Shown here: positions 12,418 through 26,800 of the stretch, one piece after another
Layout: each line of letters begins with the position of its first letter
Position numbering within the stretch: position 1 is the stretch's first letter
Assembly: GCA_000165425.1 (NCBI GenBank)
Contig: CT868429.1
Location: 261,337-325,336 of the forward strand
Length of the DNA stretch: 64,000 nt
Direction of reading: 5' to 3'
Origin: Paramecium tetraurelia
Lineage: Eukaryota
Translations under genes and position numbers: made by a program
Notes under the pieces: model-generated
What the model was told of the DNA's origin: nothing
Seen by the model: only the letters and a program-made list of their open reading frames with translations
Databases searched by the model: none

Positions 12418-13993
12418 ATGAGCGATAAATCAAAGTCACCTCCAACCAAGAAATTAACCAAAAATAAAATAAAGAAGCAATTCTCTAATGAGAAATTCTC
12501 AACTAAAAACTACCAGCCTTCAAGATTTGTTGTAGCGGAAAGATTATAACCAATAACGTATATGAATTAGTTTCATTATTGATATAGATACAAAGCATAA
12601 GAAATTCTTAGTGAGTTTCAAACTAAAATTGAAGATGCTTTCTTTTCTTAACCAAATTAATTGAAAAGTGTGTAGCCTAGTTAATAGAGAGTGTTATAAG
12701 TATTACTCATAGAGAGTTATCAATTAGCCAAAAGAATATAAAAAGAAACCGCTAAGAAGATAAGAGAACGATATGCAAATGTATAAAGACATCTTTGTGT
12801 AACCCAAAGCTGATGCATTGTAAGAGCTAAAGGAAAAAGAGAAAGATTTTGAAGCACTCTTCCATAAAGGACAAGCAAAACAATATGACAAAATTCTTAA
12901 TATTAAGGAGGAGGAGGATAAACCAGTCAAGAATTTATTGGGCTCATTATTAAATGAATAACTAATAAAATCTACAGCCCCCATTGACAATATCGATTTG
13001 AAAAAAGAAATTGACAAAGTAGCTTAAATGGATTTACCTGTTCAACCGGAAACTAACTTTTAGTTCTTTGATCAATAGATTTCTGTTCAACCCCCAGATC
13101 TACCAAATGCAAGTATTGCATCTCCATTGACACCTGGAAATGGTTATGCTCCATCAATACCCTACACTCATAATGTGAAGGAAAACAATAGAACTAGCAT
13201 TAAGGATTTACTTGTAAGAGCCAAGGCTGGTATGTAAGCAGGTGATATTTAAAAGGAAGCTCATTTATCATTTTATTTAGGAATGGTTTATGAGAGTAGC
13301 AAAAATCATAATGAAGCTGTGAGATTCTATAAGAAATTTGTGGCATGTGCCAAATTAATGGAAGATAAAATAGGAATGGCTTTGGGAACTAACAGGGTGG
13401 CTTTTAATTATTACAATGCTGGTAATTTTACAAAATCTATTGAATTTCATAAACAAAATTTACAATATTCTGATCAGGAGAACATGTTTACAGGGTTTTA
13501 CAATTTGGGTTTAGCTCATAGAAGACTTAAGAATTATGAGGAATCCATTGATTATTTTTCGAATGCTTTAGAATGGGCACAGAAAAGAGATGAAGCAGAA
13601 TCCTCATGCATTTCCTATGGCTAGTTGGGTATAGTGTTTTTGGAAGTTAAACAATATGATTAAGCATTTGAAAATTTTCAAGTAAAGTTTTATAGAGATT
13701 AATTAAATAGAATTGTTATGAGTTGGCCAGAAGATTGAAAAATCACAAATTGCAATTAGAGTGCTTATTAAATCTAATTAAAATATCCGGATATCTTTAA
13801 ACCTCAACGGAAGTGTAGACATAGATTTTAAAAAATGCTATCTTAGTAATTTTAGCTTATATTATTAAAGTGTGCGAACCATTTAAACGAAAAATCAATT
13901 GCCACACTATGTTTATGCAACTTAGGTGTTCTTGAATCAAAACCTCCCTTACCAAATTAACAATACGACGATTTAGAATATGAATAATTTTGA
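12418..13993 (+). CDS. Tetratricopeptide-repeat protein
   Basis: TPR-like repeats (FYLGMVYESSKNHNEAVRFYKK; FYNLGLAHRRLKNYEESIDYF; SYGQLGIVFLEVKQYDQAFENF). Several short introns. Confidence 0.8.
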
Positions 13994-14021
13994 TAAATTA
14001 CATTATTTTTATTATAATAAA

Positions 14022-14735
14022 ATGAATTCGACTTTAGAAAAAATTTCAGCGGAAGACTGGCATTATAAATAGAAGAGCATTAACATACCGAAATCATTTA
14101 TGAATCAGATCGTTTTGAATTTCTTTATTGTGGAAGGATACAGAGATGCTGCAATAGAATTTTCTAAAGAAGCTGATATACCATGTAATTCAATAATCTT
14201 AACTTCTAAATAGTGTCTAATCAAGAACTTGATTAAATGATTGAGAGAATTGAAATTAAGAAAAATATTTTAGATGGTGACATTGACTCTGCATTAGAAA
14301 AGGTCAACAAGAAAAATAATAATTTAATACTTTTTAAATTGAAAACATAAAAATTAATTGAGCTCATTAAGAAAGATTAAATTGATCAAGCAGTTAAATA
14401 CGCCTAGACTGAAATTATACCACTCCTACCCAACTAAGTAAATTTTTAATTTGATATAGCCTCACCTGATTGAGGAAATAGAATAAGCCATTGCTTTAAT
14501 AGCATTTTCAGATATTAAAAAGAGTCCAATGAACCATCTTGTCTAAAATTCTCAAAGAATCAAAGTGGCTAGCGAAATCAACCAACATTTATATCAGGAC
14601 TCTATGGGAAATGATTAGGCTAAATTAAGAACATTAATGAAATTGCTGTTATGGGCTTAAGAAATATTAAAGTGTGAGATATAATACCCCCAACTCTTGG
14701 AAATTTCAAAAGGGCAATTCTCTAAGGAGGAATGA
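14022..14735 (+). CDS. GID8: GID8/TWA1-like LisH-CTLH-CRA subunit of the CTLH E3 complex
   Basis: MNQIVLNFFIVEGYRDAAIEF (LisH); ILDGDIDSALEKVN...LKTQKLIELI; SQRIKVASEINQ...LMKLLLWAQ. Confidence 0.85.
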
Positions 14736-14780
14736 CTGAATAATGACAATTATTGATTTTATTTTAATATCTTCTATTTT

Positions 14781-15074
14781 TCACAATTATGGAAATCTTA
14801 GTTTGAATAGACTCATGGCAACATTAGAAATCTCTTTGGCTCTGTCATTCAACCAATCCATTTAATCTTAAGTTTATGCTACTTCTGCAAACTTTCTTGA
14901 AAATCTGATTTTAGTGAATGATTCAATTTCATTAAATTTAGCCTACATTACAATTTCAATTACCAAATCTTCATAATAATGGTAGATATCTTAGGCTGTG
15001 TAATTATTTGGGAGAACATGATCAAATCTCTTAATTGGACTCACATATTTTCTAATGATTTCCTCGAATTTCAT
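14781..15074 (-). CDS. Hypothetical protein, 97 aa
   Basis: Open code-6 frame MKFEEIIRKYVSPIKRFDH...KLRFPQL-TGA (294 nt). Confidence 0.6.
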
Positions 15075-15239
15075 TTTATTTATTAAAAATATAATAATAT
15101 TGGCGAATACTAAATGAAAATCTTATTTAATTTTTAGAAGACCATTTAGAAGGAATTTAACAAGTTAAATCCCTTTTGAGAAATACTTGTTTGTATAAGA
15201 ATTTATCATTAATAATTAAATAATCAATTTCATAAATAA

Positions 15240-15632
15240 ATGAGAGAGAGAACAACAGATAAAGTGACTATCTTCACAGCCCAATAAAATTACTAGCACA
15301 AACAATGTTACAAATTAGAAACAAGCACCAGTCTTAAAATTTTAAGGAGTCTTTAATCTAGAACTTCTGTTGGAAATGTTAGCTAAGAAAATTTAACAAA
15401 TTTAAATAAAGTTATAGATAGAAAAGTAGTGGAAATCTATCTTAAAGAGAAATAAAATTCAGGGTACTTAAGTGGTATTTTTAAATCTATGTAAATGTTT
15501 CTTCAAATTAGGTTATCTCATTTTTCAAATTCGGTTTTGTAGGAGGAGGAAGAACTTTAGCACGATTTAAGTGAAGACTGGGTACCAGATGAAGAAGATA
15601 ATGCAGGAGAAGAGGATGATTCTATTTTATGA
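15240..15632 (+). CDS. Hypothetical protein with acidic C-terminus
   Basis: MRERTTDKVTIF...; one 21-nt intron (gtaaatgtttcttcaaattag); ends EDWVPDEEDNAGEEDDSIL-TGA. Confidence 0.55.
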
Positions 15633-15650
15633 CAGTGATATTTAATTAAA

Positions 15651-16450
15651 TCAATTTAATACATTTTTAGGATACTTTCTTTTCATTTAGCTAATACTTT
15701 TTACAATATTGTCTTTGGGTTTCACGTTCTTTTTCAACATAGCTTCATAGATTTTTAATTCCTAATCCTTCAAATCTTTATACCATGATTTTATAAGTAT
15801 TCCATTTTCTATGATAAATCAATAAAATACATGGATTCAATGACATTCCTGATAAAGAATTGTCAATAATAAAGGTTTTATCTAGATTAGAATTAACCTT
15901 AGTTAAATCTTTATAAAACACTCCATCTTTCTTAGTACAACTCTAAACAATTTATAATAATTTTGGTTACATCTCTGTAGAATCTTCTCTTGATGAACCC
16001 ACTTGGATCTAAATAATCAATTACTTTGTCTGCATATTCCTTGATGGCGGCTGTAAAGATAACCAATTCAAAGTAATTTGATAAGGCTTTCAAAAAATCT
16101 CTAGCAAAAGGCCTAATTTTGACGTAATATTTTTCTATCGTGTTCCCTATTTTCACAAGGATTTCTTCATCGAGAAATGAAGTTCTTTCCATATCAGAGT
16201 GTATTAAGGTTTCATCGAGGTCCAACACAAGAGTAAACTCTTTTTCAGTCTTTTTTGCAGTTATTTTATCTTTGCATTCATCATCAAAATCTAAGCCCTT
16301 CACTGAGATAGGTGATCCCATCATTATTAGGATCGAGCCCAGCATCTCCCAACTCCAGGAGATGATTTTCTTGCACTTATCAGTTGCAGAAGCATTTACT
16401 AAAGTACTTCCTACCATTTTAGCAATATTTGATCTAGAAATGTATTCCAT
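15651..16450 (-). CDS. NLI-interacting-factor/CTD small phosphatase (HAD family)
   Basis: TLVLDLDETLIHS, YVKIRPFARDFL, IFTAAIKEYADKVIDYLDP, FYKDLTKV, FIIDNS. Two short introns. Confidence 0.92.
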
Positions 16451-16494
16451 TATTTAATTAATTAAAACGGGGAAGTGTATATTAATATTTATAA

Positions 16495-17758
16495 ATGTAG
16501 TATAATATTATTGAATAAAATAAAATTGTAGTGAACGTAGTGGATCCTAAAATTAATTAAAATCAAGATGAATTTGTAATCTACAGTATTGAAGGATAAG
16601 ACAATTAAGGAAATTTTTAGATTTAGCATCGTTTTAGTGAATTTTACTAATTAAGATCACTGCTTGTATAAAAATGGTAATACTGTTATATACCTTCATT
16701 GCCTCAAAAAGTAGTTCAAGTAAATGTAATTTCCTAATAAAATAGGGAAATTTGAGCTTGTAATTGATTTATCAAAGATTGGTGATGCTCAATCATTTTA
16801 TGAGATAATTATCTCATTTTTAATTTTTGTGGTATTCTAATGAAGTTTAAATATTTTTACGATAACAATAAATACAGGATAGTAATTCTAATGAATAGCA
16901 AAAGAATTATGCTGATGTATTGATATCAACATTTCCAGATTTTGCAGAAAATGCTATAGATTAAGAAAATGAAACAAAAATTGAATAGTTTTTTCTTTTT
17001 ATCTAAAATGCCACTCCAATTCTACAAAATTACAGGATTAACATGAAAAATAAAATAAATATTAGGTAAGATTTAAAAATAAGTAGCAAAAATTACTTTG
17101 AGTAAATGGATATTTTTAAAAACTTTTTTATACCAGAATATGAGGTAATTTTGGAGATAAATGTTGAAAATTAAAATATCTACTAACCAAGGAAGATATT
17201 TGAAGATGATCAAAATAATTGTGATTTGAGTGAAAATCAGAAGTAATTCTATATCATGTATATTTAGATTAAAATTGAATTGAATGAATTTAATGTAAAA
17301 ATAATAATTAAATTTAATAGGTTTTAAATGAGTTAATTCAAAAAAGAAAGGAATTGCAACTAAACATTTAATCTTTGAATGAGTAACTATAAAAATAAGT
17401 TAATTATGTCTCTGAAACTTAAAATAATGGATTAAATATAATCATGAAGTTTATAACTACAAAAGAAGAAGAAATAGAAAAATCATTAACTAAATTGAAA
17501 TAAGTGAATTATTTTAATACCTAAATAGCTAGAAAAAGAGTTGACAATAAAAGTTTAGATCTTCAATTTAATTACCAACAAATTAGCTTCAGATGTTCAA
17601 TTTTTGAAGTAGATTTTTTTAGAAAATTATCAAAATTTAGTCAAATAAATGAGTAGATTTTTTAAACAAAATGCACAAAAAGTATTAATCGTATTCATTT
17701 TTAGAGTGTTTCTTATTACTAAAACCTATTATAATAATTAGAAAAATAAGGTCTTTGA
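16495..17758 (+). CDS. PX-domain (sorting-nexin-like) protein with coiled-coil C-terminus
   Basis: VNVVDPK...FVIYSIEG...IQHRFSEFYQLRSLLVQKWQYCYIPSLPQK...QRLVMLNHFM...SNEVQIFLR. Several short introns. Confidence 0.8.
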
Positions 17759-17822
17759 AATTAACTTATATAATTATATTTATATAATTTATATTTATTT
17801 GTATTCCGCATTTGAGATAATA

Positions 17823-20800
17823 ATGTACAATAACTTCTTCGAACCCCTTTTTGAGAAAACTGATGTTAATATTATCAGTAATAAAGTAATTAAACTTTAG
17901 ATATTTAGATTTTATTTGATATTGGTGAGTATATTGGAGAGCAATCAGATGAAAATTTCAAGAATCTCTAGAGTACCCTCACATTGCTGAATTATTGCCT
18001 AGACATCAAGCCACTTGCTTAAGAATTATTCAATAACTAAAATTTAAAAACTAAGTTAGAATTAGCCAAGGTTAGGATACCTCAATTAGATTAAATAATT
18101 AAATAGATTTTAGATAAGATATAATTAAATGATTAAGAAGAACAATCAAAATTTGACATGTCTATAATAACAAAAATAATTGATCTTAAAAATGAATACT
18201 TATAATAATATTTGAGGATCTTCAGAATTTACATTCTCTATAATGATTAATTGCAATAAGTATTAAGTTTGGATGATGAAGCAACAGAGATATAATTAAC
18301 TGATTGGTTATAACAAATGATCACAATATTGGCCTAATCAAATTAGGAAAATAGGGACAGAATTTTGGATATTATAACTTATTTAATTAGACAATAATTA
18401 GAATTGATTAAGTTGTTGTTCAAGTTGGATATTTTACCAACAATATTGTCATTTTTGGAATAAGGATAATCAATTGTCAGATGTCTTGTTTTATTAAGAG
18501 ATATGCTCGAATATAATTAGTTGTTTCTCTAATAAATTAATAATTAAGAAATTATAGGATAAATTAAAGATCTTGCCTCTAAAAAAAAGGATTAAAAATC
18601 AGTTTTAATATTAATTTCTTAGATTTTAAATGCTCTTAATTACTAAACTGAATAAGAATAAATAGCATTTCAAGTTAACGAAGATTCAAATTCTGAAGAT
18701 ATCACTTAAACAATTGAATAAATTACTCTATAAGCAATATGTGGTCAACTTTAATACAGCAGTTAACTATTTGATTAATTACTATTTGCTATTTAGAACA
18801 TCACTTTAAGTGAGCAAACTCTTCTTTCATTGAATTACATCTTTGAAAAAATGATTCATGAGTTAAATCAAACTTAAGTTAAGCTTTTAGTAAATGTAAT
18901 TGTGAATTTATTGACCTAAAAATTAGAATCCTAGTTATATATTACCTAAAAAGTGTATTTGGTATACATACATTTATTAGTTGAAATAAATTAATAATTT
19001 AGATCATTTATATAGATTGAATAAATTCAAATTTTGAAATAATATCATTCAGATGATGTTAAAATAATGAGGTAAAATTATTTTATTATAGTTTAGATAA
19101 CTAGATGAAATATCTCGGTTTAACAATAAAGTATACAAAAAATTCAAGGATTCAAGTTTAATCTAATAATCAGGATTTATGACATCCTCTATAAGATAAT
19201 CAATAAAAAGTTAAGACTCGTAATCATCTGAGGGAAAGGATATTGAAACTGTTTTAGATTAAATTATTTATGTTAATCTAAAATAAGGAAAATTAGAAAA
19301 AATAATATCTTGTTTATCTGATATCTATCAAATAACTAAAGACAACCCAGAAATTCTTTATAAATACCAAAATGATATAATAGAGCTTTACTTATAATAT
19401 CCAACCATTAAAATTATTTAAAATTACACGAAAATGATACTGTCCTAATTGGATTATAAATCCTTGATTTTTAATTTTTTTGAAGATATGGAATAGTATG
19501 ACACTCAACAACAATTAAAATTTTTAGCTGCCTTTTCATTATTTTAATAATAATTTGAATAATATCATAAAACAATTATGAAATAAATCACAAATTGGAT
19601 TTTGATAAGAATTGATTAAAGCCATATCAAATCATTATTGGTTATTTGTTTAAATTTAAATCTTAATTAAAGACAATTAACAAATTATTTTTTGAAATAA
19701 TTAAATAAATATGAGGATATTCAACTCGATATCCTTCTTTATTCAGTTTTAGCAAACTAATAAAAAATTATGGAAAATGAATTATTAATTCAACTGATTC
19801 AATAATATGAACAGAATGTTCGTTATGATATTTCCATTGAGAATATTTCATCAGGAAATTTACTCAGATATAAAAGTTTGGGTGAATTAGTAACAATAAC
19901 AAAAGATTTTGATTTGATTAAATAGTTTAATAAATCCTTTAATATTGATGTATAAGAGATCACATATATGTAATGCTTAATTCTATGTGATTAATTGCAT
20001 TTCTAATTGGGATTGAATACATTAAATGAATAGTAGCTTCTAGAAGTTATAGATGAAACAAAAGTGATATAATTATTAGAAAAGATCTTATAAGAAAGTT
20101 AATAGGAAAATAATTATGATGTAACTTCACAATCAAAATTATTATAATTATTCTTATTATAGGCTTTTGAAGATGTTGAAATATTTATAAAATAAGAGAT
20201 TTTAAAACCTTAACTGCAGGAGAAATAATTCATTTAGCAATTTTAGCAAAGCTTGGCTTAATAACTCCAAAGAGTTTTGAATTAGAAATAATTAAAGGAT
20301 GAATAATTAACATTAAAATATCTAGCAATACTATCAATCATAGCTGAATAAAATGATCTATTACAGAATCTTGACTTCAAATCTTTAATTTAAATTCTGC
20401 AAAAACTTCTTACTTACCTAAAAGAAGATAATATCTCTATACAATTGTTTGAAACAATCCTTAATTTGTTCAAAACTTTATTTTAATGGAACAAAGCAAA
20501 AACTTATTATAAAATTACTTTTTTAAAAGAAAACATTTTTCTAGATATTGGATTGAAATATCATTAACATAAGGAAGTTATCAAATAAATTTTAGTGTTA
20601 TTAGTAGGATAGGAGTAATATGAACAATAATATGCTCAAAAATTAGAATAGACAAAAACAAAATAAGGAGAAAATTAAATAAAAGAAGAATAAAATTTAT
20701 TTTAAGATCTAGCAAGTTAATATATAAACGATATTCTCTCCCAGACAATTACTAAATAAAAATAAGAGTTAGAAACCTAATAATAAGAAGTCGAAAGTTA

Positions 20801-23800
20801 AAATTAATAATACTAACAATAAGAGTAATAATAATAACAATAATAATAATAATAATAACAATAAAAATAATAAAAAAAATCATCATCTTCATCAAGTAGC
20901 TCAAGTTCCAAATCTTCAGAGGATGAAAAGAAAGTAAACTAAATTGAGGCAGCAATTGTTTTTAATGAAGAAAAAGCTGAAATAAAAGTGTAATTAGAAT
21001 AGAAAAGACATTCAAGTAGTTCATCAAGCAAATCTTAAGGTGAGTAAATTAAGACAAATTTTGTGATTGATAAGAACTTTGAAGAAGATTAATTCCATAC
21101 CTAAGTACATTAAGAAGTTAAAGTAGAATAATAGAACTCAGATGGTTCATCAAGTTCTGAAGAATTAAATAGAAAACAGAAAATCGTCATTGCTGCTGCT
21201 GTTCATCATAAAATAAAGGATAACAGAAAAAATAAAAGTAGTTCATCTTCATCGATATCAAGTTCAAAGGAAGAAAAATAATTAGAATTTAAATTATAAG
21301 CAAATGAAAATCAATTTAAGGTTGAAATAGGAAATGAGGAGACTCAAGTTCAAGCTGCTTTAGAAATACCAAGAATATAGGAAGTTGTTTAAATTGAACA
21401 GGAGAAAGAAGAAAATGAAGAATCTCGATAACCAAGTTATTTAAAGTAGATGATGGCGTAATAAGAAGAAGTGTCAAGAATTTAGGATAAATAAGTTGAT
21501 ACTAAATTAAAATTAAAGTAACTTAAAGAAAAGAAATAACAATTAGAACAAGCAAAATTAAAAAAATAAGAGGATGATAGGATCAGATTAGAATTAGAAG
21601 AGAAAAATAAACAAGAGGAATTAGAGAAATAAAGATTATAGTAACTTGAGAAAATACGATTAGATTAGGAGGAATAAGAAAGATAAGAGTTAGAGGAATA
21701 AATAAGACAATAATAGATTCAAAAGATAGCATTAGAATAAGAAGAGAAAATCAGATAAGAATAAGAAGAGAAAATCAGGTAGGAAAAAGAGGAATTGTTA
21801 AGAATTGCTCTTTTTGAAAGACTCAAGAGGGAAGAAGAGGAAAGAAAGAGAGAAATTGAAAGATAAGAAGAAGAGGAAAGAGATAGATAAGAAGAGCTTA
21901 TTAGAATTTAAAAGTTGGAATAAATAAGATTATAATAAGAAGAAGTTGAAAGAAAGAAGAAGGAGGAATAGGAATTGTATAATAAATAATAAAGAGAATT
22001 AGAAATAATAAGAGAAGCTGAATAAGCAAGAGAATAAGCATAAGCATAATTGAAATTAGATATTAAAGTTGAAAATTAAGGAGATCACTAATCTGGTAGA
22101 ATTGCTTTTGAAGTAAATGAGAATAAATTTTCAACTTAAATCTAAGAATCAAATAATCCAGAATAATCTAAAAATACACTATCATATTATTATGGATTAC
22201 CACCTTCAAATAATTAAGAAGCTCCCTAATTACGTTAAGAAGATTTACGCTTAAAGGCATCAATTATGTCTTAATAAAACTATGGATAATAATAAAATTA
22301 CGGAAATCAAATATCCTATCAAGGATTACAATTAGATTAATAAATAAACTTTGAGAAACAAGAATTATAAATTAAATATGATCCAGGCAATATTTTATTT
22401 TCTTAAAATGAATAAAAAATACTAGAAATAAAGGATGACGAATTATTATTATCTTCTTAGTTGATAAAATAAGCAGCATTAAAATAAGAACGAAAAAATG
22501 AATTTTACCAACCTTAAACTAATACAATAAATTTTGTTTCAAAACAAGAATTTAGTAGTAATGCAGATCAAGAAGTACCTGTCACAAATTATCAAATTAA
22601 TATTAAAGAACCTACTTATGATGAATAAGAAAAGCAACATATAACATAAACTATTCATTAAGAAATTTTACCATAATAATTTTCATAATAAGAAAATATA
22701 TAACATTAATAAAATGAAATAGCATTAGCTAATTAAGAATTTGAAATAAATTAAGAGTAATTTAAAGTTTAAATTCAAGAACACCCATAGTAAACTATTT
22801 CAACCAACATAGAATAATAGCAAATAAATAATTAAGAAGTAGAAAAGCAAGTCTCGGTAACAACAGCGATTGTAACTCATGAAATAAACAAATAAGTAGA
22901 AGAAAAAGTATAAAACAATAAAGAGAAACAGCGAAGTTCAAGCAGTTCGAGTAAATCCTCATCTTCTTAAGATAAAAAAAAAGATGATAAACACAAAGAA
23001 AAGAAGCATATTGGTATGGAAGTAGGCAAGACACTTATTGAAGCAAAGATAATCGAATAGGGAATTAAGGCAGAATAATAAAAGTAAAAGGAATAAGATG
23101 AGAAATTAACAAAAGCAGAACAAAAACAGAAACTAGAAGCAGAGAAAAAACAGAAAGAAATTCTTAAAGCATAAAAATTAGAGGAAGAAAAATAAAAAAA
23201 GGAGGCTGAAAAACTACAAAAATAAGAACTTGAAAGATAAAAAAAGGAAGCAGAGAAATAAAAGAAATTAGAGGCAGAGAGATTGAAAAAAGAGGCTGAA
23301 TAAAAAAAGAAGGAAGATGAAAGATTAAAAAAAGAGGCTGAAAAATAAAAGAAAGAAGCAGAAAAGTTAAAGAAAGAATAAGATAAATAAATTAAAAAAG
23401 AAGTTCAAAAAGAAGTTGTTAAGGATTTAATAATATTAGATGCTGCTAAAAATATTCATTAAGAAAAGAAAGAAGAAGAAATGGATTCTAAAACAAAGCT
23501 TAAAATGCTGAAAGAGTAAAAGAAAATTGAAGAAGAAAAGACTAAATAAGAGGAATTGAAGTAAGAAAGACTTGTCTAATTAGAAAGTACTTTAATTGTT
23601 GCTGAGGCTTAACACTAACATTAGCATTAAACTAAGAAGCAAAGATCATCATCTTCATCCTCCTCCTCTCAAGAAAAGTCTCATGATGTCAAGAAATAAG
23701 AAAAGCATAATGTACAGGTTGAGGTTGTTAAGAACGATTAAGATAACTAAGTTAGCTAAAATGTTTTGAAATTTGAAATTACATAAACTTCATTTGATGA

Positions 23801-26800
23801 TTCATAAAAAAATCAATCAACTATAGAATTTAAGGTAAATTAATAAATCCAAAAAGATCATTAAGATAATTAAAATAATTAATCAGTTTAATAAGAATTT
23901 ATCATACATACTCAATAGAACACTAATAAAATAGAAATTCAATAGTAAAATTAATAATTGAAAACTTAAAATATTAGGTCTAGTTCATCATCATCTTCAT
24001 CATCCTCTGATAAATAAGCTAAAAAATCTAAGCAAATTGAAACTGTTATAGTTGCATCTCAAGTTGAAAAAAGAATTCATGAATAAGATAATTCTAAAAA
24101 TACAAATGATATTTAAAGAGGAAATCAATAGATACAAATAAATTATAATTAAGGAGAACCTCTAGTGTAAGGAGCGAATGAGATTGAACATAAATATCAA
24201 TAATAATAAGAAGTTATGCAAATATCAATTAAATAACAACCGACTTAATAATCAAAGGAACATGAATTTTAGGTATAATACGAACAAAAACCTTAANNNN
24301 NNNNNNNNNNNNNNNNNNNNNNNNNNNNNNNNNNNNNNNNNNNNNNNNNNNNNNNNNNNNNNNNNNNNNNNNNNNNNNNNNNNNNNNNNNNNNNNNNNNN
24401 NNNNNNNNNNNNNNNNNNNNNNNNNNNNNNNNNNNNNNNNNNNNNNCTTGATTATTCTTGGAATAAATAAAGAATAAAAATTTTAGGAAAATGGAAACTG
24501 TTTTTTAGGTTGCATTTCAAGTTGGAAAAAAGGAATTTCAGGAATAAGTTTATTTTTAAATTTGCAATTAATTTTTAAAGGGAAAATCAATGGGGTCAAA
24601 TAAATTTTTAATTAAGAAGAACCGTATGTGTAAGGAGCGAAGGAGATTGAACATAAATATCAATAATAATAAGAAGGTATGCAAATTTCAAATAAATTAC
24701 AACCGACTTAATTATCAAAGGAACATGAATTTTAGTTATAATACGAACAAAAACCTTAAAATTAAGATTGACACAAAGTTGTAATGTTAATAGGGAGTAC
24801 AATTATTGCTAATAAAATAGAAGAGTAGAGGAAAGAAGAGAAGAATATTAAAAAAGATTAGAATAAGAAATTTGAGGTATCAATTTAATCAGAATAAAAT
24901 GCTCTCAGTAAAAATGACTTTTTAGTTGAAACTAATTTACAATTAGAAAGTAATAAGAAAGTTTAAAATTAGAAACCTAAATCATCAAGCTCATCATCGT
25001 CATCGTCAAGTGATGATGAAAAATAAAATTTCCAAAAGAAAAAGGAAAAAAATGTCAAAGCTGTAATTACTGAGACAATAATTCAAGAAAAATAGAAAAC
25101 AAATTACAATTAACCATTATAATAGCCTATTATTTAAGAATAAGATAATGAATAGTTAAAGAATTAATTTTAAACTTAATAAGTAGAAACATCTTAAAGT
25201 ATCAATAGATAAGAAAACTATGTATTTGAATTAGCAAGTGCTAACACAGTTTATAATTAACCAGAAAATGCAAACACTGAATTTTAACCTCAATAAGAAG
25301 TTAGTACCTTTTATTAATTTGAAAGCCAAAGAAATAATAATTTATAATAGTTTGAAGATTAGCAACCAAAAATTACTTTGTAAACTGAGTTAATTTAGGA
25401 TAGTTAACGAACAGCAGCATTTAATTTAGAATTTTAAGAACCAAATCAATAGATAGAAGTAGAATATGTAGTATAGGAAAAACAAGGGGAATTGTAGGAA
25501 GTAAAAAATCAAATGATAGAATTAAATAGCTAGCAAACTGCTGATATTCAATCATTTTAACAAACCTAATAAATTTAAGAATAACTAGAGCAAAGGGTTC
25601 AATAAAGGAATGAATTCGAAGATAATTACTACAGCAGCTAAGTGGTCTAAAATGATCAATCTTCTTTAAATTAGTAGCCTATTTTATAAAATTAATAACC
25701 AAATGTTGGGAGATGGTAAATAAGTGCAATAGCTGATCTTCTATAGGCTTTATAATTAATTTTGCAAAATGAGTAAAATTAAAGTCGACTTCCAGGAGTC
25801 CTCAAATAGTTTAGATAATTAATTTAGAGTGAAAAAGATGCGAAGGATTGTCACTAATTGGATATTACAAACTAACTCCTATTTATTTATTCATAATCAA
25901 GCTATTAAGCATATTAAATAGATGTGGAAGAAAGTTTATTGGCAATTTTGTAATACCATTAAATTTTAAATGATTATGAAACATTAATAAAATGGTCAGA
26001 TTTGTAAATAGCAAGGGTGAGCATAAATTTAGTAAGAATTTTAATAAAAGCAAAAGAAACTAAATTTATGAGAAATAGAATGATTAATCAAAAAGATATC
26101 ATCATTCTTGTGAATTATTTAGAAGATTGTTGGGATGAAGAATTAGTGTCTGTAATTTTAACATGTTTAGAAGGATATTGCTAAAATTCAAAGTGTGCAC
26201 AATTACTCTATTAATATGAAGTTATAAATCATATTAAAAAGTGGATTTAAAGATTGTAGAAAGAATGTTTTTTGCTTATTGGTTCTTTGTGTTTATACAA
26301 CTTTGCATAAAAAGACTTAAATGATCAATCCATATATTTAATTATCAATAAGTCAATCAATGATTAAAGTATTGAAATTAAGTAGAATGCTTATTATGCG
26401 CTATCATGCTTATGTTATTAAAATAAGGAAGTTTAATAGCAATTATTAGATTCAGATTTGTTGTTTATCATTTTAATAGACTTAGAATAAAAGTCTGAAC
26501 CAAAGTTGATTGAAGTCACAGCCTAACTATTAACAAATGTCCTGTATAAGATAGAATAATAGAAAGTTGAATCTAGAATTTTAATTTCTTTGTTGATAAG
26601 ATAATTATAGACATAGAATACTCTCAACACCTTAAAATGGATTCTAAGGTGCCTTTAATCTTTGTGTCTATTAAGATCAAATTCATTAATATCAATATCA
26701 GAATCAATATTTGATATACTTAAGAAACTGCTATAAAACAAGGCTTTATTGAGAGACCTCTTGTAGTTGTATTCAACATATTCTGCCTAATAACTATTAC

